A stretch of 24,192 nt of DNA. Source: a virus. Lineage: Duplodnaviria > Caudoviricetes. The stretch covers positions 1 to 24,192 of the IMG/VR virus record IMGVR_UViG_3300005573_000271. One strand, written 5' to 3'. The position numbers and the translations under genes are program-made. Of the stretch, positions 9,615 to 18,226 are shown in pieces (within the stretch, counting starts at the first letter, position 1; the number at the start of each line of letters is the position of its first letter). Under the pieces are notes generated by a model that was given only the letters and a program-made list of their open reading frames with translations, was not told the origin of the DNA and did no database searches.

Positions 9615-9829
9615 TTACCCCGCTTCAACCTATCTGCCTCCGCCTGACTCTCAGCACTCTCAGCGATGAGCGCCCAGTCCCGCCAGGTCACGGGTCGCTC
9701 CGCCAGTTCCCATGGCGACACGCCGAGGTAGCGCGCTGCTCGCAGCAGCAGATACCACTCCGGCGGCTCGCCCATCCGTCCCTCAGTTAGGAGCCAGCGG
9801 CGGAGACCCCGCCGCTCGACAGGTTTGGG
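9611..9829 (-). CDS. Tail assembly chaperone, -1 frameshift extension (lambda gpGT-like)
   Basis: Open -1 frame PVERRGLRRWLLTEGRMGEPPEWYLLLRAARYLGVSPWELAERP...KRGK* from slippery CCCAAAC (9829-9823) to TGA at 9611-9613. Absent from the ORF track. Confidence 0.8.
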   Translation of the reverse strand, partial: PKPVERRGLRRWLLTEGRMGEPPEWYLLLRAARYLGVSPWELAERPVTWRDWALIAESAESQAEADRLKRGK

Positions 9830-10134
9830 CGCATATCTTCGGTGATGGTCTGTACCACCTGGTTCAGGAACAGAGTTGGCAAACTACTCAGCACCTTGGC
9901 GTTGATTGGTAGCGGCTTACCTGCCTCATCCAGCAGGTCCCACTCGACTAGACAGTCAGTCAGCAGAGCCACCAGAGCAGCCCCACCACGTTGATCATCG
10001 GCGTACTGTCGCAGCCGCGCCTCGGTCTCGGCGGTGACCCCGCCAGGCCGATACGTAATCGTGAGATGCTCATCGCCAACTGGCACGGTCACTGTCCGTC
10101 TATCTCTCACTAGATGTGTGATCGATACTGGCAT
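9787..10134 (-). CDS. Tail assembly chaperone (gpG-like)
   Basis: 115 aa between tail tube and TMP; LVEWDLLDE motif; slippery heptamer near the 3' end. Confidence 0.85.
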   Translation of the reverse strand: MPVSITHLVRDRRTVTVPVGDEHLTITYRPGGVTAETEARLRQYADDQRGGAALVALLTDCLVEWDLLDEAGKPLPINAKVLSSLPTLFLNQVVQTITEDMRPNLSSGGVSAAGS

Positions 10135-10142
10135 ACCGCCCC

Positions 10143-11132
10143 CTACAGCGCGCTGATCGTGTTAGTCAGCTGTACTTGCATCGCTTGCCCACTCGACCAG
10201 GAGCTGTCATACGCGACATCGAACGTCCATTCGATGGCGTACACCCCGTCCTCGTCCGAGAACTCCCCGACATCGCTTACCACGCCACAGAGGTCGAGCT
10301 GGAACGTGTAGTAGTAGGTGCTGGCGATCAATGGTCCGACGGCCTTCAACCTGATGTAGCGATTGTCGCCCGCCCGCATCGCCGTGAGCAGCCCCATGCC
10401 GGTTGCATCCGCCTCGACCAACAGTTTCAGTTGCGCCTTCGGGGCTTGCTCGACATGCGCCGCGAAGCCCGATACCGCGCTATTGAGCGCCCAAAGCGGG
10501 CCGAACCGATCCGAGATGTTAAACTCGCCCGACAGTGCTCGCGTGAGCTTTGTCGTACCGATGCCACCACTCGTGCTGTCGAGATAAACGTCCAGCGCCG
10601 TCGGCAGGATCGGCTGCACGGCGATGGCCGTGGGGCTGGATGTCATTGTGATACCGTCCTGATATGCCTGACCGAGCATGCTGCCGCTGACCTCGACCTT
10701 CTCGCGGTCAAACTTCAACCCGAATTCGGTTACGATCCCGTAGGCAAACTTGCCTGCCCGAACGCTGCTGCCTTGCTCCACCGTGAAGGTTTTGATCGTG
10801 TCTTCGGCGCTCTGGGCCGGTGTGAATGTCCACAGGTACGCCGCCGAACTACCCTGTTGTACCGGTGCGGCATAGGTTAGCACGCTCGACAGCAGGTATG
10901 CCAAGTGGTTGTAGCAGGCCACGTCGCCGCTGATCTTTGCCTCCACCCATTCCTTGCCCAACGCGGCAATCGTGGCATACTTGGCCCCGAGCGGACGGAA
11001 GGTTTTGACATCGGCCTTGATCGCCGGCTCAATCGAGAGTGCCTGTAGGAGCTTGTTGGCAGCCACGCCTGTTCCCGGTGTGGTTTCAACCCCCACCTGG
11101 GTAACCTGCGTAATACTGGTCCTCTCAGCCAT
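10143..11132 (-). CDS. Major tail tube protein
   Basis: 329 aa; QVGVETTPGT start, TFTVEQG motif; between tail terminator and chaperones. Confidence 0.85.
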   Translation of the reverse strand: MAERTSITQVTQVGVETTPGTGVAANKLLQALSIEPAIKADVKTFRPLGAKYATIAALGKEWVEAKISGDVACYNHLAYLLSSVLTYAAPVQQGSSAAYLWTFTPAQSAEDTIKTFTVEQGSSVRAGKFAYGIVTEFGLKFDREKVEVSGSMLGQAYQDGITMTSSPTAIAVQPILPTALDVYLDSTSGGIGTTKLTRALSGEFNISDRFGPLWALNSAVSGFAAHVEQAPKAQLKLLVEADATGMGLLTAMRAGDNRYIRLKAVGPLIASTYYYTFQLDLCGVVSDVGEFSDEDGVYAIEWTFDVAYDSSWSSGQAMQVQLTNTISAL

Positions 11133-11142
11133 GATTCATCTC

Positions 11143-11574
11143 CTAGGTTGGTTGCACCTGGATGCGGTAAAGGCCCCCGAGGTGCGAGTAAACGTCCGAT
11201 CCACTGTTCTCCACGTAGCTGATTCCCTGCTCTCTGACGCATGAGAGCACACGGCCGTCAACCACGGTCCCGCTCGCGCCCTGAAGCAGGGTATCTATCC
11301 GGTCTGCGATTGGCTTGATGGTTCCGAACGAGACCGTAGCCGCTTTCCCGACCACCTTGACCTGGTAAACCTCACTCGCCATGATCCGCGCCGCGCCGAC
11401 TCCCATCACGTCGTGGCCAGCCTGGCGGGAATAGACTACGAACGGGAAAACCGCTCCCTCCGGTGCTTGGTAGGCATAGATACGACCGCCCACCAGAGTA
11501 TTGACACCTCCCAACCCCGTATCGCACGACAGCAGCGTATACAGCCACTGCTCGATACGAACTGTCTCGATCAT
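11143..11574 (-). CDS. Tail terminator / completion protein (DUF3168-like)
   Basis: LVGGRIY...APEGAVFPFVVY motif; synteny. Confidence 0.85.
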   Translation of the reverse strand: MIETVRIEQWLYTLLSCDTGLGGVNTLVGGRIYAYQAPEGAVFPFVVYSRQAGHDVMGVGAARIMASEVYQVKVVGKAATVSFGTIKPIADRIDTLLQGASGTVVDGRVLSCVREQGISYVENSGSDVYSHLGGLYRIQVQPT

Positions 11575-11909
11575 CCCAGGAGCCTCTTCATGGCCGCTTC
11601 CAGACTGGGGCGCACGGCTTCAGCGGCCGGTCCCAGGTACGGACGGGCGGCCATCTTACAGGTGCCGAATTCGACATACGGCGCGTACTCGACGTGTGTT
11701 CCTACGGTAGCCGTCAGATCGCTTCCCACTATCGCCAGGATACTGTTCTTCAGGTTGCCAGTATCCACAGGCACCACGGCTTTCGCGTTAGCCTCAACGT
11801 CGTGCGCGGCTTTGCGGATTGCCACACTCGCCTGCTTCCGCAGTTCTCCCCGCAGTTCTGGCAGCCGGTCGAACACGATCTTGGCGACAACCAGGCTCTT
11901 GGCCATCAC
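11571..11909 (-). CDS. HK97 gp10-like tail component
   Basis: PVDTGNLKNSI, YAPYVEFGT, MAARPYLGPA motifs. Confidence 0.92.
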   Translation of the reverse strand: MMAKSLVVAKIVFDRLPELRGELRKQASVAIRKAAHDVEANAKAVVPVDTGNLKNSILAIVGSDLTATVGTHVEYAPYVEFGTCKMAARPYLGPAAEAVRPSLEAAMKRLLG

Positions 11910-12262
11910 AGCACCTCAGTACATACCACCCGCCGGGCGATCTCCTCGCTGCGCGCCAGCGCAGCCACCACATCAAATGTCTGGGCCCCCACGACAATCC
12001 GGTCAGCCGGCTGCACGTCCGTGAGTGCGGGGATGGTCAGCGTCCAGGTGCTGGTTGCTGTCAGCCGCTCGGCAATCACTCGCTCCTGCGGCGACTGGCC
12101 CGAGGGAGCTACCCGGCAGGCCACTGTCGCCACGGTTGCCCAGGACTCAGTGTACCCTCCCGCCCCGTCACCTGTCAGTGTCTTGCGCTGGACTTGTGCC
12201 GTGTCGGGCAACGAGTCATTCAGTGTCGAGCGCATGGCGGCAAGCTCAGTAGGCGTTAGCAT
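11906..12262 (-). CDS. Head closure / stopper protein (SPP1 gp16-like)
   Basis: DGAGGYTESW and DVQPADRIVV motifs; synteny. Confidence 0.85.
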   Translation of the reverse strand: MLTPTELAAMRSTLNDSLPDTAQVQRKTLTGDGAGGYTESWATVATVACRVAPSGQSPQERVIAERLTATSTWTLTIPALTDVQPADRIVVGAQTFDVVAALARSEEIARRVVCTEVL

Positions 12263-12791
12263 CCGTCCTCACCATCCCCACCGATACTGGCCGCTGCTGC
12301 CGCCGATACTCACGGGCGAGCGCCAACAGTGCTGCCGCCTTTTGCGACCGCTTGAAGCTCTGACCATCAGTGTCGAAGTCGAAACCCAACTTTTCCTTGG
12401 CCGCCCATGCCTCGAGCAAATCAGCAGCAGCCCCGTAGACATCATAGGTCTTGCCGACAATCAGAACCGGCGGCATCTGGCTGGTGTCGAAAGCCCAGTG
12501 ACCGGTGATGCGGTCTGCCGAGGCTGGCACCAGTTGCACGTACGAGGCATCACACAGCGTTTCGTCCGCCTCCCAGTCACCAAGGTCCGCATAGTAATCC
12601 AGGTAGTCCACGATACCGTCAGAACGCGGCGAGCCCTCCGCCCGCAAAGGGGCATAGCGCACCACAGTCTGCCGGCGGTCCAGGTAATCCTGGATAGTCT
12701 GGTCGTCAAACACCTGGCTTGCGCCGGCGGGGTCGCCGATCAGAGTTCTCATCCTGCTGATCAACTCTGCCATTGTCGCTCGCACCGCCAT
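12246..12791 (-). CDS. Head-tail adaptor (181 aa)
   Basis: GGAGG RBS before ATG at 12791; RTLIGD...FDDQTIQDYLD and YDVYGAAADLLEAWA motifs. Confidence 0.8.
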   Translation of the reverse strand: MAVRATMAELISRMRTLIGDPAGASQVFDDQTIQDYLDRRQTVVRYAPLRAEGSPRSDGIVDYLDYYADLGDWEADETLCDASYVQLVPASADRITGHWAFDTSQMPPVLIVGKTYDVYGAAADLLEAWAAKEKLGFDFDTDGQSFKRSQKAAALLALAREYRRQQRPVSVGMVRTDANAY

Positions 12792-12936
12792 CCGGCACCT
12801 CCAAACCCTGCATCGCGTACCAGGCGGCCACAGCTGAAGAGGTGGCCAGGCGGAAGCCCTGCTGCAGCAGAGCCTCCACCTGGTCGTCATTTACCGAGTG
12901 GATCGCACCGCCTGGGTTAACCACGAACGCAGCCAT
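12706..12936 (-). CDS. Small head-associated hypothetical protein (76 aa)
   Basis: ATG at 12936 overlaps the capsid stop (TAATG); reads MAAFVVNPGGAIHSV... The longer 12706-13362 track ORF is mostly shadow. Confidence 0.65.
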   Translation of the reverse strand: MAAFVVNPGGAIHSVNDDQVEALLQQGFRLATSSAVAAWYAMQGLEVPDGGASDNGRVDQQDENSDRRPRRRKPGV

Positions 12937-13841
12937 TACGACAGCACCACGCAAGCCTTCTCGTTCCGCAGCACCTGGACGCCGTACAGCACATCCATGG
13001 TCACCTGGACGCCCAGGTAGGACGGGTTGTAGGCATAGAGCACGCGGATCACGAGTCCACTCTCGGGATCGCGGATTGTTGCGGCCTGCGCCCCGGTCGA
13101 GGTCGGAGGCTCCGGCAGGCCCCGCATCGCGAGAATGAACGCCTCGGGGTGGAACGCCAGATTCTTCGTACTGTTCGGCGTGCCAGTCACCACCGGCACC
13201 AGCTGGCTCATCCAGACTGTGAACCCATACAAGTTGCCGATACTGCCATCGGCGATACCCTGCGACCTGGCCATGGCGAAGTAGGTCGCCAGGTTCGTGT
13301 CGCCGAGCAAGGCGATCTCGTCCTTGCTGGAGACCACCAAATGCCTGGGCGCAATCGGGCACTTGTTGTCGTTGAGCGTCTTACGGGTAGACCGGATGGT
13401 GGCTGCCGTGATGTCCGTGCCTGAGGTGCCCACCGAGGCGGTGATACTGGAATACAGCGCAAACAGGTCGCTCTCGATAGACTCAGCAATGGCTGGTACT
13501 GCCGCGTTCAGGTACCGGTCGAGCAAGTCCTGGTTTGCCTGCGCCCGCGCCACGTCCTCGACGATGAAAGAGACCTCCTTGTGCTTGTTGAGCGCCACCT
13601 GGACCTCGGCCCCCCCCGACGGGGTCTGCACGGTCACAGCAGAGCCAGCGGCCTTTGGGTTAGCCGTGAACGTGCCGGGGTACGGGATGTGCAGGATGTC
13701 GCCAACCTGGAAAGCAGCCACGTCACTGTCCTTGGCGACGAGTCTGGCCAGGACGACATTGGCCCGCAGGACCTCAAGCGCACGGTTCGCCCAGATTTCC
13801 GGCACAAAGTACTGGGCCACAGTAGCAGTTATGTTTGCCAT
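12936..13841 (-). CDS. Major capsid protein (P22 coat-like, HK97 fold)
   Basis: FVPEIWA start, GDILHIP, NLAFHPEAFILAMR, DVLYGVQVLR motifs; follows scaffold. Confidence 0.93.
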   Translation of the reverse strand: MANITATVAQYFVPEIWANRALEVLRANVVLARLVAKDSDVAAFQVGDILHIPYPGTFTANPKAAGSAVTVQTPSGGAEVQVALNKHKEVSFIVEDVARAQANQDLLDRYLNAAVPAIAESIESDLFALYSSITASVGTSGTDITAATIRSTRKTLNDNKCPIAPRHLVVSSKDEIALLGDTNLATYFAMARSQGIADGSIGNLYGFTVWMSQLVPVVTGTPNSTKNLAFHPEAFILAMRGLPEPPTSTGAQAATIRDPESGLVIRVLYAYNPSYLGVQVTMDVLYGVQVLRNEKACVVLS

Positions 13842-13844
13842 TTT

Positions 13845-14438
13845 CTATCCCTCCGTGATTCTGCCCTCCCGCATCGCCTGCATGATGGCGTCGCGGTGGG
13901 CCTTGAAAAAGTTCGGATCGCGCAACTGTGAGCGGGTGAAAACGGTCGGGTTGACCGCCGAACGAGCAGGGTTGGTCGCCGAGACGCCGGCGCCGCCTGC
14001 CAGATAGGGCCGCTTGGCGATCAGCTCCCGCAGCGCCCTCTCGACATTCTTCGGCGTGCCGTCCTCCTCGAACTCGATGGCCGCCAGGTCGAGGAGCTTG
14101 TAGGCCGCCTCAGGATCTACGATGCCGAGCTTGCTGGCCGTCAGCATCGTCTCATACTTCAGCGTGCGCTCCTGGCGCTCCCGCTCGTACGTCGCCTGCT
14201 GCCGCTCCAGCTCGGCCAAGCGCTTCTGGAGTTTCTCCGTCTCGGAGAGCTTGGCCTCCTCGTCAGCCTTTACCTTCGTCTCTAGCTCGCGGAGTCGCCG
14301 ACGATACTCGGCAGCCTCTGCCTTCAACCGCTGTACGACCGGATTCTTCTCCTCGCCCCCTTGGAGCTCGGGTTCTGGCGGGATTGTCTGCCCGCCGGCA
14401 TCATCATTGGGCGCCTGGCCCGTGGCATCATCTGCCAT
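13845..14438 (-). CDS. Capsid scaffolding protein
   Basis: Acidic N-terminus, EAAEYRRRLRE coiled coil, GIVDPEAAYKLLD, KRPYL; immediately upstream of the capsid gene. Confidence 0.88.
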   Translation of the reverse strand: MADDATGQAPNDDAGGQTIPPEPELQGGEEKNPVVQRLKAEAAEYRRRLRELETKVKADEEAKLSETEKLQKRLAELERQQATYERERQERTLKYETMLTASKLGIVDPEAAYKLLDLAAIEFEEDGTPKNVERALRELIAKRPYLAGGAGVSATNPARSAVNPTVFTRSQLRDPNFFKAHRDAIMQAMREGRITEG

Positions 14439-14749
14439 TATTCAGCCAACCTCCGTATTGATTCTGGCGGCTCTTCATCAAGCTCGTGGTACAGCCGTGT
14501 CAAGGCCCGCGCCGCACGATGCTTCTGTTCCGCAGGCGCATCTACTCCACCTCCAGCGCCGGCCAGACGAGCCGCCGCCGCGTGCACACCGTTGCGGTTC
14601 AACGTCCCATCCGGCTCACGCACCGGCAGCTTGTGGTCGGCCTTGTTGTCCGAGTTGGGGTCTATATGGATCAGACATGCTCGCCGCCACTGTTCGGGTG
14701 TGTAGTCTGACTGACTGAACTGACTCCACGGTTTGTTCGAAATCGGCAT
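14438..14749 (-). CDS. Conserved-looking head-morphogenesis protein (103 aa)
   Basis: GGGAGGAG RBS before ATG at 14749; YTPEQWRRACL and KLPVREPDGTLNRNGVHAAAARL resemble a domain I associate with phage head genes. Confidence 0.7.
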   Translation of the reverse strand: MPISNKPWSQFSQSDYTPEQWRRACLIHIDPNSDNKADHKLPVREPDGTLNRNGVHAAAARLAGAGGGVDAPAEQKHRAARALTRLYHELDEEPPESIRRLAE

Positions 14750-14764
14750 CGCTCCTCCCGAACC

Positions 14765-14810
14765 AAACAAAAAAGGGCACCCCGCCGGGTTTCCCTCGGC
14801 GTGTGCCCTT
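14765..14810 (-). terminator. Intrinsic terminator / attenuator upstream of the head operon
   Basis: Minus strand AAGGGCACACGCCGAGG-GAAA-CCCGGCGGGGTGCCCTT followed by TTTTGTTT. Confidence 0.8.
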
Positions 14811-14844
14811 CATCTCCAGGCATACGAGCTATTCTGTTGGCCGT

Positions 14845-14874
14845 ATTCTACAACAACTCATGCTGTTGCGTCAA
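14845..14874 (-). promoter_or_regulatory. Sigma70-type promoter for the head operon
   Basis: TTGACG (14874-14869), 18-bp spacer, TAGAAT (14850-14845); spacer is a near-palindrome CAACAGC-ATGA-GTTGTTG. Confidence 0.7.
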
Positions 14875-14891
14875 GCTCACCTAACGTGGTA

Positions 14892-15218
14892 TCAGGCTAC
14901 CTCCCTGGCCCGCAGCGCCTCCTCGCGTACCTGGGGGCCCTCATGAAGGAACCACCACCAACGAGTCCGGTCCGTATGCCGTGGGTGTGGCAACATCTGC
15001 GCTACGATCTTGTGCTTCTGAGCCAAGAGCATATCAACTTCATTGACCTGAGCGCGCATTGCCGGATCAAGCTTGTCCCAACCATCCTCGATATCGTCGC
15101 GGGCTATCAGGATTAGCTGTACAGGCACATCATAGTACTCGTCATCCTCCAAGAGGTTGACGAGGCGCTCGTATTCATCCATCGCTATGGCAAGAAACTC
15201 CTGGCTCAAGTTCTCCAT
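14892..15218 (-). CDS. Putative immunity protein for the MuF C-terminal toxin
   Basis: 108 aa, acidic, WWWFLHE motif near the C-terminus; start overlaps the MuF gene end. Confidence 0.6.
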   Translation of the reverse strand: MENLSQEFLAIAMDEYERLVNLLEDDEYYDVPVQLILIARDDIEDGWDKLDPAMRAQVNEVDMLLAQKHKIVAQMLPHPRHTDRTRWWWFLHEGPQVREEALRAREVA

Positions 15219-16735
15219 GGCTCAAAGCTCCATACTTCACCGTGCTTGATAGCTTCCACCCACCAAACATCGGCCTCCTCAAGATATCGTGCCAGATTAC
15301 GAGTCTTGAAGAAAGACCAAAACCGCTTCTCCTCCTCATTATACTGCGCAATCCTGCCATTGTCCATACCGACCAAGTACCACATCGGAACCTGGTCCTT
15401 GGGCCGGAGAGCCGTGGCGATGCGCAGATCAGTACGCCGAATATGCTCCCCGAAGAATCCCAGATATTCTTCCGGGCTAGATGCGCCCAGCAGTCTACCA
15501 TGACGCTCATAGTGATACTTGAGCTTCGGCAGCGTGGTAGCAGTCCTCATCTGCGCAAACAGGGCATCTAGTTGGTCGGCAGACATGGCGCGTACTTGCG
15601 ACAGCCGTACCTCTCTGAGAACAGCCAGCCTGTTGACATCCGCGCCCACTGCCCGCAGCGATGCGCTGAGTTGCCGCCAGCTTTTCGCTTCACTCGTCCC
15701 CAGTATCTCGCGCAGACTGCGCGTATACCGCATTGTCCCCCAGCGCGGGTCGCTCTGCTGTCCCACGAAATCCGCAAGCTTCACCTGACCAGCTTTGTAC
15801 GCTTCGAATGCCGCGTTGCCCAGTATCCGGCGCTGCTGCTCCTCGGGCAGCTTGGCGAAGAGCGATTCGCCTGTTTCGATCTCGGGCTGAGTCTCCGGTA
15901 CACCCTCAAAGCCGAGCTCGGCCCAGGTCTTGGTTTCTGGCACCATGGCACAGCGCCCACGCGGATGATCATCCAGACGCTCGTCGAGCGTATGCTTGGT
16001 GCCGTGCATCGCCCAGCACATGGCACACGTGCGCGCATCGCGTGCCGCATGCCACACCCAGCCCTTGACCACATCACTGTTGGCCAAATAGCTCTGCCGC
16101 GTCGCCTCGCGATACGCCCGCAGCATCTCCGTCCGCGCAATCGTCTCCGCTCGTATGCGATTGCCGTTGAGGGTCTCGCGGCAACGTCGGGCGACAACTC
16201 GCGGATTCTGTCCCAGCGCCAACCCGCTGACCAACTCGCGGCGGATCGTTTCACTCGCTGCTGGCCCCAGCGCATCGAGCAGATCGCGCAACGGCGAGCC
16301 ATCCTGCAGTATCCCGACCAGTTGCTCCAACGCCCCCGTTGGCAATCGTGCCCAGGTGACAGTTACACCCGGTGGAGACTTGCCCAGTCCGACCCGTGCC
16401 AGCGCCTCAGCATCAGCCTCGGCACGCACTACCAGCTGCCGCTGCTCGGTCTCGATACGCGTTGTTGCCTGCTCGGCAAAATGAGCAAGCTCTTGCTCAA
16501 CTTGCTTCTGCAGAGATTGCAACCGCTCGCGCTCAAAGAGCCACCATTCCGGCACCTGCTCGCCAGGATGTTCCCGTTGCCACTGTTCGATCTCACTGAC
16601 CAGGGCTTCCAGCCGCTTGGCGATCCGCCGCTCCGCATCGCGGTAGTAGTTCCGAATCTCGCGGACCGCGACCTGCTCGCGGGCAATCAGTCGCTGTTTG
16701 AAGCCGTCAGCGACATCAAAGATGTTACCGGGCAT
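15206..16735 (-). CDS. MuF / SPP1 gp7-like minor head protein with C-terminal toxin-like extension
   Basis: RAETIARTEMLRAYR, DARTCAMC...HG and HPRGRCAMVP MuF motifs, then about 150 extra aa including LKYHYERHGRLLGASSPEEYL. Confidence 0.88.
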   Translation of the reverse strand: MPGNIFDVADGFKQRLIAREQVAVREIRNYYRDAERRIAKRLEALVSEIEQWQREHPGEQVPEWWLFERERLQSLQKQVEQELAHFAEQATTRIETEQRQLVVRAEADAEALARVGLGKSPPGVTVTWARLPTGALEQLVGILQDGSPLRDLLDALGPAASETIRRELVSGLALGQNPRVVARRCRETLNGNRIRAETIARTEMLRAYREATRQSYLANSDVVKGWVWHAARDARTCAMCWAMHGTKHTLDERLDDHPRGRCAMVPETKTWAELGFEGVPETQPEIETGESLFAKLPEEQQRRILGNAAFEAYKAGQVKLADFVGQQSDPRWGTMRYTRSLREILGTSEAKSWRQLSASLRAVGADVNRLAVLREVRLSQVRAMSADQLDALFAQMRTATTLPKLKYHYERHGRLLGASSPEEYLGFFGEHIRRTDLRIATALRPKDQVPMWYLVGMDNGRIAQYNEEEKRFWSFFKTRNLARYLEEADVWWVEAIKHGEVWSFEPWRT

Positions 16736-16928
16736 CTAACCGCAACCTGTCAGGGCAAACCACATGGAACGCTGGCGTCAGCACCTTGACGGTGATACGG
16801 CCATCCGGACTCACTTGCAGCAGATACCGCCCCGGCCCATGCCGCCGCAGCAGGTTCAGTAGCCACCGCTGTACCTCCGCCTCACGCGCCTCGGTTGTAT
16901 GCTCGGGCCCCTGCACTTGTGGCAACAT
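16725..16928 (-). CDS. Small hypothetical protein between portal and MuF (67 aa)
   Basis: GGGGAG RBS before ATG at 16928; fills the portal-MuF gap, overlapping both genes. Confidence 0.55.
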   Translation of the reverse strand: MLPQVQGPEHTTEAREAEVQRWLLNLLRRHGPGRYLLQVSPDGRITVKVLTPAFHVVCPDRLRLDAR

Positions 16929-18222
16929 CGATCTCCCCGTCTTTCTTCTGCTGCTCCAGGTCCGGATCAAACCCCAAGCGCTGCAATATCGTATCGGCGC
17001 TCACACCGAGTTGCTGATCGAGCAGCGCTGCCTGCCGCTCCTGCAGCGGGTCACGCGGCAGCAGTTCCGGCCAGTGCAGTACCGTATGGTTGTCCTCACC
17101 AAAACCACCCAAGGCCAGCAGCCGGCGGTTCAACTCCACCAGCAGGTCACCGTAGGTGCGCCGTTTGGTTTCTGTTTTTTCGATCAGCGGCTGGTACAAG
17201 ATGCTGAGCGCCACGCCGGACAGGGCCCCCGCTCGGTCCAGCTTCCCGGTTGCCACTTCGGGCACGCGCGTCACCTCATGCAGCGCCTCCCGCAGCCGCT
17301 CGTAGAGGGCGATGCTGCTGGACAGGTCGCTTACCATCTCCAGATTGCGCAGTTCGGCGTCGGGACTGGGCAGCACAATCGTCTCGTCGACGGCGATGTT
17401 GAGCTGATTGGCCGTGAACCCCCTGCCCCAGGTCTTGGGATGCGCGTGATAGCGGATGATGCGAGCCAGATTGGAGAGCACAAAGTTGATCGAATAGTTG
17501 AGCTGGAGCACATCGTCCCCCAGGTCGGAGATGCCCCAATACTCGTTCGGCGCCGGCAGGTTCTGGCAGTCCACGACCGGCGGCCAGGGATGGGGCCAAA
17601 ACGCCTCGCTCGTCGTCGTCCACGCAACGCTGTTGGCCTGGCTAACCTGGTCCGTGATGCGCCAGCCCTGGCCGTCACGCTCGATCAGCTGCCTGATGGC
17701 GATGGGTTTGCCTGTCTCGGGATCGATAGCTGGATATTGGATGCGGTAGCTCACCACTCGCTCGATGTCGTCAGGCTCCCAACTGACCGTCACGGTCGAG
17801 GGATCGAGCGCCACCAGGCGGGGGTAGGGCTGAGTAGGCACAATCTTGACGAATGCGTGGCCACAGACAGCGCCGTTCAGCGCCAGTTTCTGTAGCGTCG
17901 TCATCTTGCGGTTATGCTGCCATACCGCATCCAGCCACTCCTCGGCAGCCGTCTCCTCGGTCTCACTGATCTCGAAACCGACATCCTGCCCGAACAGGAA
18001 GCTCACTCCCTTGTCCACCACGACTCGGGCAAAGTTGACCAGCACGTTGTCGTCGGGCTGATTCGGCTTTACCTTGAGCGGCCTGGAGAACCTGCCATAA
18101 TACGCATCCCAAGCACGCTTGAAGCGAGTGACAGGAGCATTCTCACCCAGCGCCGGCGCCTCCACGATCTGCTGCTCGACCACCTTGGGTTGCCTATTGA
18201 ATAACGTTGCCAACACGCTCAC
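16882..18222 (-). CDS. Portal protein (SPP1 gp6-like)
   Basis: NFARVVVDKGVSFLFG, WGISDL, LSGVAL...YQPLIEKTETKR motifs; GTG start at 18222 just after the terL stop. Confidence 0.93.
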   Translation of the reverse strand: MSVLATLFNRQPKVVEQQIVEAPALGENAPVTRFKRAWDAYYGRFSRPLKVKPNQPDDNVLVNFARVVVDKGVSFLFGQDVGFEISETEETAAEEWLDAVWQHNRKMTTLQKLALNGAVCGHAFVKIVPTQPYPRLVALDPSTVTVSWEPDDIERVVSYRIQYPAIDPETGKPIAIRQLIERDGQGWRITDQVSQANSVAWTTTSEAFWPHPWPPVVDCQNLPAPNEYWGISDLGDDVLQLNYSINFVLSNLARIIRYHAHPKTWGRGFTANQLNIAVDETIVLPSPDAELRNLEMVSDLSSSIALYERLREALHEVTRVPEVATGKLDRAGALSGVALSILYQPLIEKTETKRRTYGDLLVELNRRLLALGGFGEDNHTVLHWPELLPRDPLQERQAALLDQQLGVSADTILQRLGFDPDLEQQKKDGEIDVATSAGARAYNRGA

Positions 18223-18226
18223 ACCC

